A DNA stretch of 64,000 nucleotides from an uncultured Alphaproteobacteria bacterium (GTDB lineage Bacteria > Pseudomonadota > Alphaproteobacteria > Rhizobiales > Rhodomicrobiaceae), in assembly GCA_963731855.1 (NCBI GenBank), contig CAVSXH010000002.1, forward strand, positions 2,747-66,746, read 5' to 3'. The translations under genes were made by a program, and so were the position numbers. The notes below the pieces were generated by a model that ran no database searches, was not told where the DNA came from, and was given only the letters and a program-made list of their open reading frames with translations. This document shows, in pieces, positions 23,048 to 33,569 of the stretch (the stretch's first letter is position 1; each line of letters opens with the position of its first letter).

Positions 23048-24010
23048 TTGCTTCGTCCACCGTCGTTTCGCCCGCCAGAATGGCGCGCACGGCTTCGCAG
23101 ATCGGCAATTCGATGCCGAGTTCGCGGCCGCGCGCTACCGCAGCGGCGGCTGAATGCGCGCCTTCGCTGACCGATTTGCGGGCGCCGAGAATATCGGCCA
23201 GCGCCCGGCCTTCGCCGAGCGCCTTGCCCAGCGACATGTTGCGCGACTGATCGCTCGAGCATGTCAGGATCAAGATCGCCGAGGCCCGGACAGCCCGGTC
23301 AGCGTCTCCGGCCGCGCGCCCATGGCGGTGCCGAAGCGCATCAGCTCGGCGAAGCCGCGCGTCATCAAGCCGGCCTGCGCGTTGTTGCCCAAGTTCGCGT
23401 CCCGTAACGATGCCGCAAGCGATGGCGATCACATTCTTCACCGCGCCGCCAAGCTGAGCGCCGAGCATGTCGCTGGTCCAGTAAAGCCGGAGCGAGCGGC
23501 TGCCCAGGGCATTGGCGACCGCATGGCCGATCTCTTCGCTCCGGGTGGCGAGCGTCAGAGCGGCGGGCAGGCCGCGTGCGATCTCGCCGGCGAAGCTCGG
23601 TCCCGCCATCACGCCGGGCATGGCTTCGGGAAGCGCCTCGGCAATGATGTCGGCCATCATCTTGCCGGTGTCTTCTTCAAAGCCCTTGGTGCAGATGATC
23701 ACGGGCTTGGCGCCGATATGCTTCCTGAATTCGCCCGCCACGCTGCGGAAGAACTGGCTCGGCACCACCATCAGGATGAGATCGGCCGCCGCGACATCGG
23801 ACGTCTTTCGCGGTGGCGCGGATAGCCGGGCTCGAGCGTCACGCCGGGCAGGTAGATGTGATTGCTGTGCCCGTGGTTGATTTCCTCGACCGTTTCGCGC
23901 TCATAGCCCCAGAGCACGACGTCGCGTCCGGCGCGGCGCGCGGCAACCGCCAGGGCCGTGCCCCAGGCCCCCGCGCCGATAATTCCTACACTCTGATACT
24001 CAGCCATCAT
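22953..24010 (-). CDS. gpsA: NAD(P)H-dependent glycerol-3-phosphate dehydrogenase, frameshifted
   Basis: [41 protein letters not shown]; exact stop uncertain. Confidence 0.92.
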
Positions 24011-24029
24011 GTCCTCTCAAGATCGATTG

Positions 24030-25123
24030 TCAGGCTTTCACACCCGCGCCGATCGCTTTCGGCGCCTTGTCATCCAAAGGCCAGCGCGCGCGCGCCGTGA
24101 AATCGCGCTCGTTCGGCAGGCCGTTAGCGAGCCGTTCGGCCCCGGCCCAGGCGATCATAGCGGCGTTGTCTCCGCACAGCGCAAGCGGCGGCAAATGCAG
24201 GCTGAAGCCGTTCGCGTCGGCGAGGGCGTCCAGCACAGCGCGCAGCCTCTTATTCGCCGCGACGCCTCCGGCGGCGACAAGCCGCAATGCGGATCCTGCC
24301 GGGACCATATTCTTATAGATCGCCATGGCGGTTTTTATCCGGTCGTTTACGGATTCGGCAATGGCTTGCTCGAAGGAAGCGCAAAGATCGCGAATGTCGG
24401 TGTCGCTCGAGAGGTTCCAGCCGGCGCGCTTCCTGGCGCAGCGCGGTTTTGAGGCCGGAAAAGGAAAAATGCGGTTCCGCGCGGCCGATCATCGGGCGCG
24501 GTAGGGCGAATCGCCTGGCATCGCCGCCGACCGCCCAGCGCTCGACCTCCGGCCCGCCGGGAAAGCCGAGGCCCAGCAAGCTTGGCGGTCTTGTCGAAGG
24601 CCTCGCCCAGCGCGTCGTCGAGCGTGGTGCCGAGGCGCTCATAGCGGCCAAGCCCGTGCACGGCGAGAAGCTGCGTATGGCCTCCGGAGACGAGCAGGAG
24701 CAGATAGGGCGGCGCGACGCCCTCGGTCAGCCCCACAGTCAGCGCATGGCCTTCCAGATGGTTCACCGGGATGACGGGCATGCCATGCACCAGGCCGATC
24801 GCCTTGGCGGTCATCACCCCGACGAGCAGCCCGCCGATCAGCCCCGGCCCCGCCGTCACCGCGACCGCCGACAGGTCGCCGAAGCCGAGCCCCGCCTCCT
24901 GCATCGCCGCCGCGATCAGCCCATCCAGCGCCTCGACATGCGCGCGCGCCGCGATCTCGGGCACCACGCCGCCGAAAGCGGCATGTTCGCGAAGCTGCGA
25001 GCGCACGAGATTGGCGCGGATCGCACCCGTCCCGTTGCCAAGCCGCTGGATCACCGCCGCGCCGGTTTCGTCGCAGCTCGTTTCCAGGCCTAGTACGTGA
25101 AGTGCGCTGTTGGACGCTGTCAT
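24030..25123 (-). CDS. tsaD: tRNA N6-threonylcarbamoyltransferase TsaD, frameshifted
   Basis: [51 protein letters not shown]. Confidence 0.95.
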
Positions 25124-25244
25124 TTTGCGTGGCTTAATCGGCATCGCCGTTGTAATGCTGGCGCATGGGCCCGTCTCTCGCGGGCAGTTGCCGCTCTCTC
25201 GCGCGGACCATAGGCCCGTGGAGCGGCGCGGCCAAGGTAAACTC

Positions 25245-26189
25245 ATGCGAAGCGAACCGGAAACGCAAAATCCAATCCGTATCGGAACACGCGGCAGCAA
25301 GCTGGCGCTGGTCCAGGCGCATCAACTGCGCGACAGGCTGATGGCGGCCCACGGGCTGACCGAGGAGGATTTCGATTTCGCCATCATCAAGACCAGCGGC
25401 GACATCATCACCGACCAGCCGCTCTCGGCTTTCGGCGGCAAAGGGCTGTTCACCAAGGAAATCGAAGAGGCGCTGATCGCGGGCGAGATCGACGTCGCCG
25501 TGCATTCGATGAAGGATATGCCGACGAAGCTGCCGGAGGGGCTGGAGATTTCCTGCCTGCTGCCGCGCGAAGATGTGCGCGACGCCTTCATCAGCCTGAA
25601 GGCGGCGCGGCTGGATGCGCTGCCGCAAGGCGCGGTGCTGGGCACGTCCTCGCTCCGGCGTCAGGCGCAAGTCAAGCGGCTGCGGCCCGACCTGCGTGTC
25701 ATTACCTATCGGGGTAATGTTGATACGCGGCTGCGCAAACTCGCGGACGGCGAGGCGGACGCAACATTGCTGGCGGCGGCCGGACTGCGGCGCCTCGGAC
25801 TTGAAGACCGCATCACCGCGCTGATCGAAACGGACGAGATGCTGCCGGCCATCGCGCAAGGGGCGATCGGCATCGAGACGCGAATCGGCGATGAACGCAT
25901 GCTGGGACTGCTTGCGGCGCTGCATGACCGGGAAACCAGCATCTGCGTCGAGGCCGAACGCGCCTTCCTCGCCGAACTCGACGGTTCCTGCCGCACGCCG
26001 ATCGCCGGCCTCGCGACCATCTCCGGACAGCGCCTCGATTTTCGCGGCGAGATCCTCTTGCCGGACGGCAGCAAGTCGCACGCGACACGGCGGAATGGCG
26101 CGCCGGCGGACGCGGCGGCCCTGGGCATCGATGCCGCGCGCGAGCTGCTGACGGCCGCCGGGCCGGGATTTCTGCATAGGGGCGCTTGA
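25245..26189 (+). CDS. hemC: Hydroxymethylbilane synthase
   Basis: [39 protein letters not shown]. Confidence 0.96.
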   Translation: MRSEPETQNPIRIGTRGSKLALVQAHQLRDRLMAAHGLTEEDFDFAIIKTSGDIITDQPLSAFGGKGLFTKEIEEALIAGEIDVAVHSMKDMPTKLPEGLEISCLLPREDVRDAFISLKAARLDALPQGAVLGTSSLRRQAQVKRLRPDLRVITYRGNVDTRLRKLADGEADATLLAAAGLRRLGLEDRITALIETDEMLPAIAQGAIGIETRIGDERMLGLLAALHDRETSICVEAERAFLAELDGSCRTPIAGLATISGQRLDFRGEILLPDGSKSHATRRNGAPADAAALGIDAARELLTAAGPGFLHRGA

Positions 26190-26190
26190 C

Positions 26191-26958
26191 ATGAAACTCC
26201 TCATCACCCGCCCAGCCGAGGATGCACGGCGCCAGGCCGCTCCATTCGAGGCCCTCGGCCATGAGGTGATCGTGCGGCCGCTGATGGAAGTGGTTTTTCC
26301 GCGCCTGACGCCGCTGCGCCTGCAGGGCGTCCAGGGTCTGATCGCCACCAGCCGGAATGCGCTGCGCGGCCTTGCCCGGAATGGCAGTTTCGACGCGGCG
26401 AAGCGCCTGCCAACCTTTTGCGTCGGCGAGGGCACGGCGAGCTTTGCGCGCGAACTCGGCTTTGTGCATGTCGTGGCGGGCAAGGGCGCGGCGAAAGACC
26501 TCATCCCGCTTATTACCTACTCGACGGCGCCTGATGCCGGTGCGCTGCTCTACATCACCGGCCAGCATCTCGCCTTCGATCTGGAAAAGCCCTTGAAGGC
26601 GAAGGGGTTCGCCATACCCCGGGTGATCATCTACGAGGCACGCGAGGCGGACAAAAACGCGTTGGCCGCCTTTGCCGAAACGCTGCGCGCGGGAGTCGAC
26701 GGCATCGTCCTGATGTCGCCCCGCACCGCAACCATTTGTGTGAACGCGATCAAGCAGTTCAAGTTGGAACGCGAAGCTCAGGCGGCGACATGTTATTGTT
26801 ATTCGAGCGCGGTCGCGCGGCCTCTGCGGGAGATCGACGGGATGACGATTGCCATCGCATGCAGTCCCACGGAACCGGATCTGCTGGAACTCATCGGACC
26901 GGCGGCTTTCCAGGGCAAGGCGCTCGCCGATCTTAAAGAAGCGCTTGGTAAACGTTAA
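26191..26958 (+). CDS. hemD: Uroporphyrinogen-III synthase
   Basis: LLITRP, TSRNA, VGEGTA, SPRTA; directly after hemC. Confidence 0.9.
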   Translation: MKLLITRPAEDARRQAAPFEALGHEVIVRPLMEVVFPRLTPLRLQGVQGLIATSRNALRGLARNGSFDAAKRLPTFCVGEGTASFARELGFVHVVAGKGAAKDLIPLITYSTAPDAGALLYITGQHLAFDLEKPLKAKGFAIPRVIIYEAREADKNALAAFAETLRAGVDGIVLMSPRTATICVNAIKQFKLEREAQAATCYCYSSAVARPLREIDGMTIAIACSPTEPDLLELIGPAAFQGKALADLKEALGKR

Positions 26959-27024
26959 TCTTTTCCATCTTATTTTGACGCCGGAGCAGGCCTGACGTTC
27001 GAGCCTGGCGGAGAGTAGAAGGCC

Positions 27025-28182
27025 ATGACGACGAATAACGGACCTGACAGCGACGATCCAACACTGAGCGGGAAGGATCAACGGCCCCACGCGACGCTCG
27101 ACCTGGAAGCGAGCGAAGTTTCGTCGCGTCCGCCCGCCGGTTCGGACGAGGAGGCCGCTTCGGACCCGCTCGCGCTCGACAAACCGCCCATGGGCGGGTC
27201 GGCGGATGCCTCCGAAGGCGGCATGCAAAGCTTCCTGACCCATATGGCCGCCGGCGGCCTGGGCGCGCTCGTGGCGTTCATCATTGCCTATTACGCCGGG
27301 ATCACTCAGCGCGGTTCCACGGCGCCAAGCGCGACGGCGGAAGAAGCCGGGCTCCTGCGTGCGCAAATCGTCAAGACCGAGCAGCGCATCGGCGCGCTGG
27401 AGAAAGCCCTCGGCGAAGCGAACGCCAGGGTCGGGCAGCTCACGGCGGGCGGCGAAGGGAGCAGGGCGCTGACGCAGCAGCTTGCGGCCGTCACTGAGCG
27501 TCTCGACCGCGTCGAGGGCCGCCCGGCGGGCGCCGCCCTGTCGCCCGACGCTATGCGCGAATCGCTCGATCCGCTAAACGCCAAGCTCACCGATCTGGAA
27601 GGCAAGCTTTCCGGCGTCGCTAAGGCCCAGACCGATCTGCAAACCAACAGTAAGGCCGCCGCGCTAGCCGTATCCTTCTACAATCTGCGTCGGGCGGCGA
27701 ATGAGGGCAAACCCTATGCCGCCGAGCTGCGCTCGGTTGCGCAAATGTCGCCTATTCCGCTCGACCTTGCGCCATTGGATGCCCGCCGCGAGCAGGGCAT
27801 ACCCAGCCTCGAGCAGCTTGCGGCCGAGTTCAACACGGCGGCAAATGCAGCACTCGACGCCGAGAACCAGCCTGCCGACCAATCCACGGTCAGTGAGCTT
27901 TGGTCTAAGGCAAAATCCTTAATCCGCGTACGCCGGAAGGGCGACGTGCCCGGCGATTCGAGCCGCGCCATCCTTGCCCGCGTGGAATACCGGCTGCAAG
28001 CGGGCGATCTCGCCGCATCCATCCAGGAGGCCGTGCAGCTCAAAGGTGCGGCCGCGGCGTCGTTTTCGCCGTGGCTTGAGAAGCTGAAGGCCAAACGCGC
28101 CGCCGACGAAGCGCTGGCGCGCGTCGAGGCGACGCTCCTCACCGCGCTTGGCGGGGAAGATCAGGCCAAGAGGGGGGGCTGA
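27025..28182 (+). CDS. COG4223/mitofilin-like (alphaproteobacterial Mic60) membrane protein
   Basis: TLDLEA motif, one TM segment, coiled coil, G.PY.AEL and SLIRVR; conserved position between hemD and hemY. Confidence 0.8.
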   Translation: MTTNNGPDSDDPTLSGKDQRPHATLDLEASEVSSRPPAGSDEEAASDPLALDKPPMGGSADASEGGMQSFLTHMAAGGLGALVAFIIAYYAGITQRGSTAPSATAEEAGLLRAQIVKTEQRIGALEKALGEANARVGQLTAGGEGSRALTQQLAAVTERLDRVEGRPAGAALSPDAMRESLDPLNAKLTDLEGKLSGVAKAQTDLQTNSKAAALAVSFYNLRRAANEGKPYAAELRSVAQMSPIPLDLAPLDARREQGIPSLEQLAAEFNTAANAALDAENQPADQSTVSELWSKAKSLIRVRRKGDVPGDSSRAILARVEYRLQAGDLAASIQEAVQLKGAAAASFSPWLEKLKAKRAADEALARVEATLLTALGGEDQAKRGG

Positions 28183-30045
28183 TGGTTCGGGGGCTAATCT
28201 ATCTGCTGCTGGTCGCCGCCGTTGCGATCGGACTTGCCTGGTTCGCTGACCGGCCGGGTGAGCTGACGATCAACTGGCTGAGCTATCAGATCGACGTGCC
28301 CCTGTTCTGGGTCACGGTCGCCGCGCTCGTTGCACTCGGCATTCTGCTTTTCGTATTCAGCTTCGTCAGCCGGCTGATATCGGGGCCGCGCCGTTTGCGG
28401 CGTCATTTGAAGAAGAAGCGGCAAGAGCGCGGTTACGACGCGCTCCGCAAGGGAATCTTTGCGGTCGGGGCGGGCGATGAAGCGGTAGCGGCACGCTACG
28501 CTATCGAAGCGCGCCGCGCCTTGCCGAGGGAGCCGCTGACCGAACTGCTGCGCGCTCAATCGGCACAGCTTAGCGGCGACCGCCGCACCGCGCAGCGCAT
28601 CTTCGAAGCCATGTCGGATCGTTCCGACACGCGGCTACTCGGTCTGCGCGGGCTGTTCTTGGAAGCGAGCCGCGAGGGCGTGAGCGAGGCCGCCCATCAA
28701 TTCGCTGCACGCGCCATGTCGCTCAATCCCGCGCTCCCCTGGCCGGTCCACGCATTGTTCGATATGCAGTGCCGTTCGCGCAATTGGCAGGGCGCATTGG
28801 AGACCTTGGCGGTGGCGCGCAACCATCGCCATCTCGACCGCAAGACAGCCGACCGGCGGCGCGCCGTTCTGCTCACCGCGCAGGCGCTCGACCTCGAAGC
28901 GGCGGAGAGTGCCAGAGCCGCCGAACTGGCGCAGGAAGCGCACCGGATCGCACCCGATCTCGTTCCCGCCGCCACGCTCGCCGGCCGCGTCATGGCCGGG
29001 CAGGGCAACGCCTATAAGGCGGCGCGGGTGCTGGCGCGGACCTGGCAATATACGCCGCATCCCGACCTGGCAATCGGCTACGCCTATGCGCGCCCCGGCA
29101 ATTCGCCGCGTGACAGGCTTGCCCGCATCAGATCGCTGATCGTCCTCACGCCGGATCACCTGGAGGCCCGCATTGCCCTGGCCTCCGCCGCCGTGGACGC
29201 GCGGGAATGGGGCGAGGCTCGCGCAGCGCTGCTGCCGCTCATCGCCAAAAATCCGAGCGCCAAGGTTTGCGCCCTGATGGCGCGCATCGAAGGCGGGGAA
29301 AAACGCGACGCGGGCCGCGTGCGCGAATGGCTGGCACGTGCCATCAGGGCGCCGCGCGACGCAGTGTGGATGGCGGACGGGATCATTGCGAACGAATGGG
29401 CGCCGATATCGCCTGTCACCGGTGCTCTGGATGCGTTCGAGTGGCGGGTGCCGCCGGACCAGTCGCGGGCAGGGATCGCCGATGCGTTGTTCGATGAGGT
29501 CTCGGCCCTCAGCCAGGAACTGGACGGTGTCGCGCTCAAGATTACCGAGACCAACCTCTCGGAACCGGTCGCTAAGGATGCCGCCGTCAATCAGCCGCTG
29601 ACCATCACGATAACGGCGGAAGACGTGCCGGCAGCGAGCGTCAAGCCGGCTCCGCCGCCTGCGAAAAAGCCGGAGGAGAAACCTGTTCCGGCTGAGGCGG
29701 TCGAAGCCGACCCCGCCGCTGCCCGTGCCGGCAAAGCCCAGCGTTGAAAAGCCTGTTGTGGCTGAGAAGCAGTCCGTGAGTGAGGGCAAGACATCCGCCG
29801 GGGCGGGCCCGGCTGGCGTTGGGACACGGCCAGCCGCGCCTTCGCAGCCAGTCGGCCCGAAGGTGATGGAGCCTGCTGCAACGCAATCGGCCTCTCAGCC
29901 GGTGAAGCCTGCGGCAAAGCCGGAAGCAAAGATCTTCGTGCCCGACCGTCCGCCCGACGACCCCGGCCCCAATCCCGCGGATTTGGATGAAACCAGTACA
30001 CCGTATACGCGCTTTCGCGGTTCACCCAAGCAGCAGATCAGCTAA
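28182..30045 (+). CDS. hemY: HemY_N/TPR membrane protein (COG3898) with Pro/Ala-rich tail; frameshift near 29735
   Basis: WFADRPG, LLGLRGL, PHPDLA, W.PISPVTGALDAFEW; tail continues in ORF 29725-30045 with PPDDPGP. Confidence 0.82.
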
Positions 30046-30146
30046 TGCACCGGACCGAAAAGTGTACGCACTTTTCGGATAAATCTGATGCATAAACAAA
30101 GAACTAGAGCGCCGCTCCGCGTTCAGCGGAGCGTCGGGCGCTCTAG
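30042..30146 (+). repeat. CTAG-type intergenic palindromic repeat, copy 2
   Basis: CCGAAAAGTG/CACTTTTCGG hairpin, AAACAAAGAACTAGAGC core, second hairpin ending GCTCTAG. Confidence 0.75.
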
Positions 30147-30148
30147 CA

Positions 30149-30375
30149 TCCCAGTTGCAATTTTTCTGCGGCTCTAAATCCATAGGTGACCGTGATTGGG
30201 AGGTCATGGATGGCGGGAGCATCGATCGAGTCGACGCTGGAGCTTTGGCGGCGTCGCTAGTCGGCATTGAGGGCAGCCGTTGGGCTATCGAGGACACTTC
30301 GAGACAGCCAAGAACGAGCTTGGCCTCGACCATAATAAAACTCGTTCCTCCCATGGATGGCATCGACAATGTCGC
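30149..30375 (+). mobile_element. Internally deleted IS701-family transposase relic
   Basis: MIGRSWMAGASIESTLELWAAS joined directly to EGSRWAIED.FETAKNELGLDHN.TRS.HGWHR, resembling the N- and C-terminal parts of rhizobial IS701 transposases. Confidence 0.7.
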
Positions 30376-30622
30376 ATACGCACTGTCAAAGACGCGGACG
30401 TTTGCGAAGAGCGCGTCCGGCATCGCGGCGGTTTGAGTTTAAAGTTGATCCGACCGTAGAGATAGCGCCAGCAGTATCGCATAGCATCTACCGAGCATGT
30501 TTCTGCTTCTTCTCTGAGGCAACCTCGGCAGCTAGAATGGGTTCGTATTTTTCGTTCACGGGTGTGTGATAGTTGGCGGGCTATCAGCGCCGACAAGTTT
30601 GCGTATCGGCGGGGCGGCGCAC

Positions 30623-31621
30623 TCAGCGCGAAGTGTCCTGCGCCGCCACGCTTCGCAGCCTGTTGCTCTGGGCGGCAGCAAGCTTCTGCATTCGCCGCAG
30701 GTCCGTGTCCGACAACCGCATCGCCACCGACACCCATTCTTCGGCGATGTCGGCCATTTCCAGAAAGCTGATGGGGAAGCTGCGACGGCGCGCATTGTAC
30801 ATGGCGAGCGTTGCGTTGAAGCGGCGCGACAGCTTGACCAGGTGGCGGTCCATCTCAAACCTGCCGCTCCCCGTGGGCAGGACCTTGTCGACGAGTTGCA
30901 CGGCATGGAGCTCGGCGGCGGTATGCAGATTGCCTTCAAGGATGAAGGTCTCGGCCTTTGCCTGTCCGACGCGGCGCATCAGGAAAGAATAGGCGCCCAT
31001 GCCGGGAAACAAGCCGTAAAGCATCTCCGGCAGACCAAATTTGGCCTGCTCTTCGGCGAGGATGAAGTCGCAGGACAGGGCCAATTCCATGCCGCCGCCC
31101 AGCGCGTCGCCCGCGACGAGTGCGCCGACCAGCATCGGCGAATGCAGGGCGCTGTAATTCATGAAGCACACGTCGATGCAGCATAGCGCATAGGCCTTCA
31201 GCCGGCCGTAATCGCGCTGCCTGACGAGCTGCTCGAAATATTTCAGATCGCCGCCGAGATTGAAGATGCCGCTTCTGCCGGACGCCCAGATCAGAAAGCG
31301 CGCCACCTCCGCCGCGCTCGCCGGCTCGCTGCGGTGAAAATCCTGGACCGCCCGCTGCACGGTGCGAATGTCGTTCAGCAGCCGGGGGGCGAAGCTGCCG
31401 CCGGCGAGATGCTGCTGGAAACACCAGACCGCGCCGACATCGACGTCGATCTCCAGTTTAAGCTCGGCGAGATCGAGCGCGCCAAGCGCTTCGGCCAGCT
31501 TCATGGCGGGCGGATGGGACGATACCGGCGCCGGCGGGGCATGGCGCGCGGCCGCCGATGGGGCACCGATGTGCGGCTGGACCGGCCAATTATAGTTGTT
31601 GCCGTCCATCAATATGCGCAT
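30623..31621 (-). CDS. rpfF: RpfF-like crotonase-fold DSF (diffusible signal factor) synthase
   Basis: FNLGGDL, LKAYA..CID, GDALGGGME, GLPEMLYGLFPGMGAYSFL with both catalytic Glu; adjacent RpfC-like sensor. Confidence 0.85.
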   Translation of the reverse strand: MRILMDGNNYNWPVQPHIGAPSAAARHAPPAPVSSHPPAMKLAEALGALDLAELKLEIDVDVGAVWCFQQHLAGGSFAPRLLNDIRTVQRAVQDFHRSEPASAAEVARFLIWASGRSGIFNLGGDLKYFEQLVRQRDYGRLKAYALCCIDVCFMNYSALHSPMLVGALVAGDALGGGMELALSCDFILAEEQAKFGLPEMLYGLFPGMGAYSFLMRRVGQAKAETFILEGNLHTAAELHAVQLVDKVLPTGSGRFEMDRHLVKLSRRFNATLAMYNARRRSFPISFLEMADIAEEWVSVAMRLSDTDLRRMQKLAAAQSNRLRSVAAQDTSR

Positions 31622-31891
31622 GAAGCCTCACCGAGTATGAACGTGTGTACACAACCTTAGGTGGTGTATTCTGTTCCAAGGTGAAACGGCTGGGAAGAAA
31701 ATTCTCAGCCATACGGGCGAATTTCGCCGGCAATCGATCGAACGGCAGCAGCCTTAAGCTGCTTACCAAATTCGTTCGAAATGAAATCAGCAACTTCACG
31801 CAAACTTTCCCAAACGGCAGCTATAATTTTGAAGATCGGGTAAAGCGGTCTTATAAAGCAGTATGGCCAGCAAGTGTTGCGGTGCTTTCCC

Positions 31892-33565
31892 ATGTCGATA
31901 GCGTATCACGAGGCCGGGAAGAGCGGCGATTTACTTCGCAGGGGGCAAAGCGCAGCGCTGTCCGGCTCCTTCGTCGCAATTATCGACGATCTGGAAAGCA
32001 ACCGAACCTTTTTGGAACACCTGGCGGGCCTGCTGCCGGAGATACGGCGCGTGGCGACTTTCGCTTCAGCTGAACGCGCGCTCGTTGCGTTCGGCAAGGA
32101 TCCTCCCGATCTGGTTATCACCGATTTCAACATGCCCGGCATGAACGCGGCGGAGTTTCTCGAAGCCTTCCGTCAGGCGCCCGAGCTTCAGGATATTCCG
32201 GTGATCGTGGTGTCGAGTCACAGCGAAACCGAAAAGCGCCACCGTGCGCTGCTGGCAGGCGCCACGGATTTCCTGATGGTGCCTCTCGACACGGTCGAAT
32301 TCAAGGCGCGCACACGCAATCTGCTGCGGCTCAGCCAGCACCAGAAGGTGCTGCGGACGCAGAGCCTGTCGCTGCGCAGCGAGCTGGTCGAGACGCGCCA
32401 TCAATCGATGCAGTCCCGGCACCGCTTCATGAGCATCATCGACTGCGTGCCTGCCCTGGTATTTGCGGTGAACGCGGCCGGCGATTGCGTTTTCGCCAAT
32501 CAATATTGCTTCGACCTTCTGGGCCTGCAGCAGGGCGACGAGGGCCTGCGCGGCGTCCAGCCGCTTGCGGCCAGAGTGAACGCCGCGGCGGGCGCCCCGT
32601 CGAGCTCCAACGCCCGGAGCGCGGAAATCAGCCTGACCCGGCAGGACGGGCGCGAGCAAACCTTTCTCGTCATCGCCAAACCGGCCGGCGGGCGTCTGAA
32701 GGAAGGGCTGACGGTCTATTCCGGCATCGAAATCTCGCGGCTGAAGGACACCGAGCAATCGCTGCGCAAGGCCAAGGACGAGGCGGATGTCGCGAACCGG
32801 GCCAAGAGCGCGTTCCTGTCGAACATGACGCATGAGATCAGGACGCCGCTCAACGCGATCATCGGCTTCACCGACGTGATCCACAGCGAAATGCTCGGGC
32901 CACTGAACAACAGCCGCTATCGCGAATATATCGGCGACATCCAGGCGAGCGCCCGGCATCTCCTGGCGATCATCAACGAAATACTCGACTTCTCGCAGAT
33001 CGAAGCCAACCGCCATACCGTGCGGCTGAGCCGCTTTTCGCTGCTCGAATGCCTGACCAACGTCAACAGCCTGCTCAAAAACCAACTGGATGAGCGTGGC
33101 AACCGGCTCGAACTGGCCGGCATCGGCAATCTGACCATCGAATCCGATCATCAGAAGCTCACCCAGGTGTTCCTGAACCTGCTCACCAACGCCAACCGGA
33201 GCATGGAAGGCGGGACGATCCGCATATCGGCCGCACGGTCGCCGCCCGATGGGCTGATCATCACCTTCGACGATCACGGCACTGGCATGGACGAGGCGGA
33301 GCTCGCGCTCGCGGTGACGGAATTCGGCCGCCTGTCGACCTCCGCTTTCATCAGTAACGAGCATCCAGGCGCAGGCCTGGGGTTGCCCATCTCGATCGGT
33401 TTCATGACCTTGCTCGGTGGCAGGCTGGAAATCGAAAGCGCGAAAGGCAAGGGAACCTCGGTGCGCATTGTCTTGCCGGAATGCGTGGTCGCGGACGCGC
33501 GCCTGTCGGAGCCGCAAGGCCGCAACCGCGACAGCGTGCCGGCGCAGACGGTGCAAGGCGGCTAA
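31892..33565 (+). CDS. REC-PAS-HisKA-HATPase hybrid histidine kinase
   Basis: IIDD...DLVITDFNMPGM receiver; PAS-like segment (FANQY); MTHEIRTPLNAIIGF H-box; DHGTGM and GAGLGL. Confidence 0.9.
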   Translation: MSIAYHEAGKSGDLLRRGQSAALSGSFVAIIDDLESNRTFLEHLAGLLPEIRRVATFASAERALVAFGKDPPDLVITDFNMPGMNAAEFLEAFRQAPELQDIPVIVVSSHSETEKRHRALLAGATDFLMVPLDTVEFKARTRNLLRLSQHQKVLRTQSLSLRSELVETRHQSMQSRHRFMSIIDCVPALVFAVNAAGDCVFANQYCFDLLGLQQGDEGLRGVQPLAARVNAAAGAPSSSNARSAEISLTRQDGREQTFLVIAKPAGGRLKEGLTVYSGIEISRLKDTEQSLRKAKDEADVANRAKSAFLSNMTHEIRTPLNAIIGFTDVIHSEMLGPLNNSRYREYIGDIQASARHLLAIINEILDFSQIEANRHTVRLSRFSLLECLTNVNSLLKNQLDERGNRLELAGIGNLTIESDHQKLTQVFLNLLTNANRSMEGGTIRISAARSPPDGLIITFDDHGTGMDEAELALAVTEFGRLSTSAFISNEHPGAGLGLPISIGFMTLLGGRLEIESAKGKGTSVRIVLPECVVADARLSEPQGRNRDSVPAQTVQGG

Positions 33566-33569
33566 GACA

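Noticed and set aside
1-30045. Calling frameshifted genes pseudogenes or programmed frameshifts
   Set aside because: Scattered single-base indels in essential genes, with intact motifs and no slippery sites seen, fit sequencing error better.
30376-30620. tRNA integration site beside the islet
   Set aside because: No cloverleaf could be folded; I found no tRNA or rRNA anywhere in the window.
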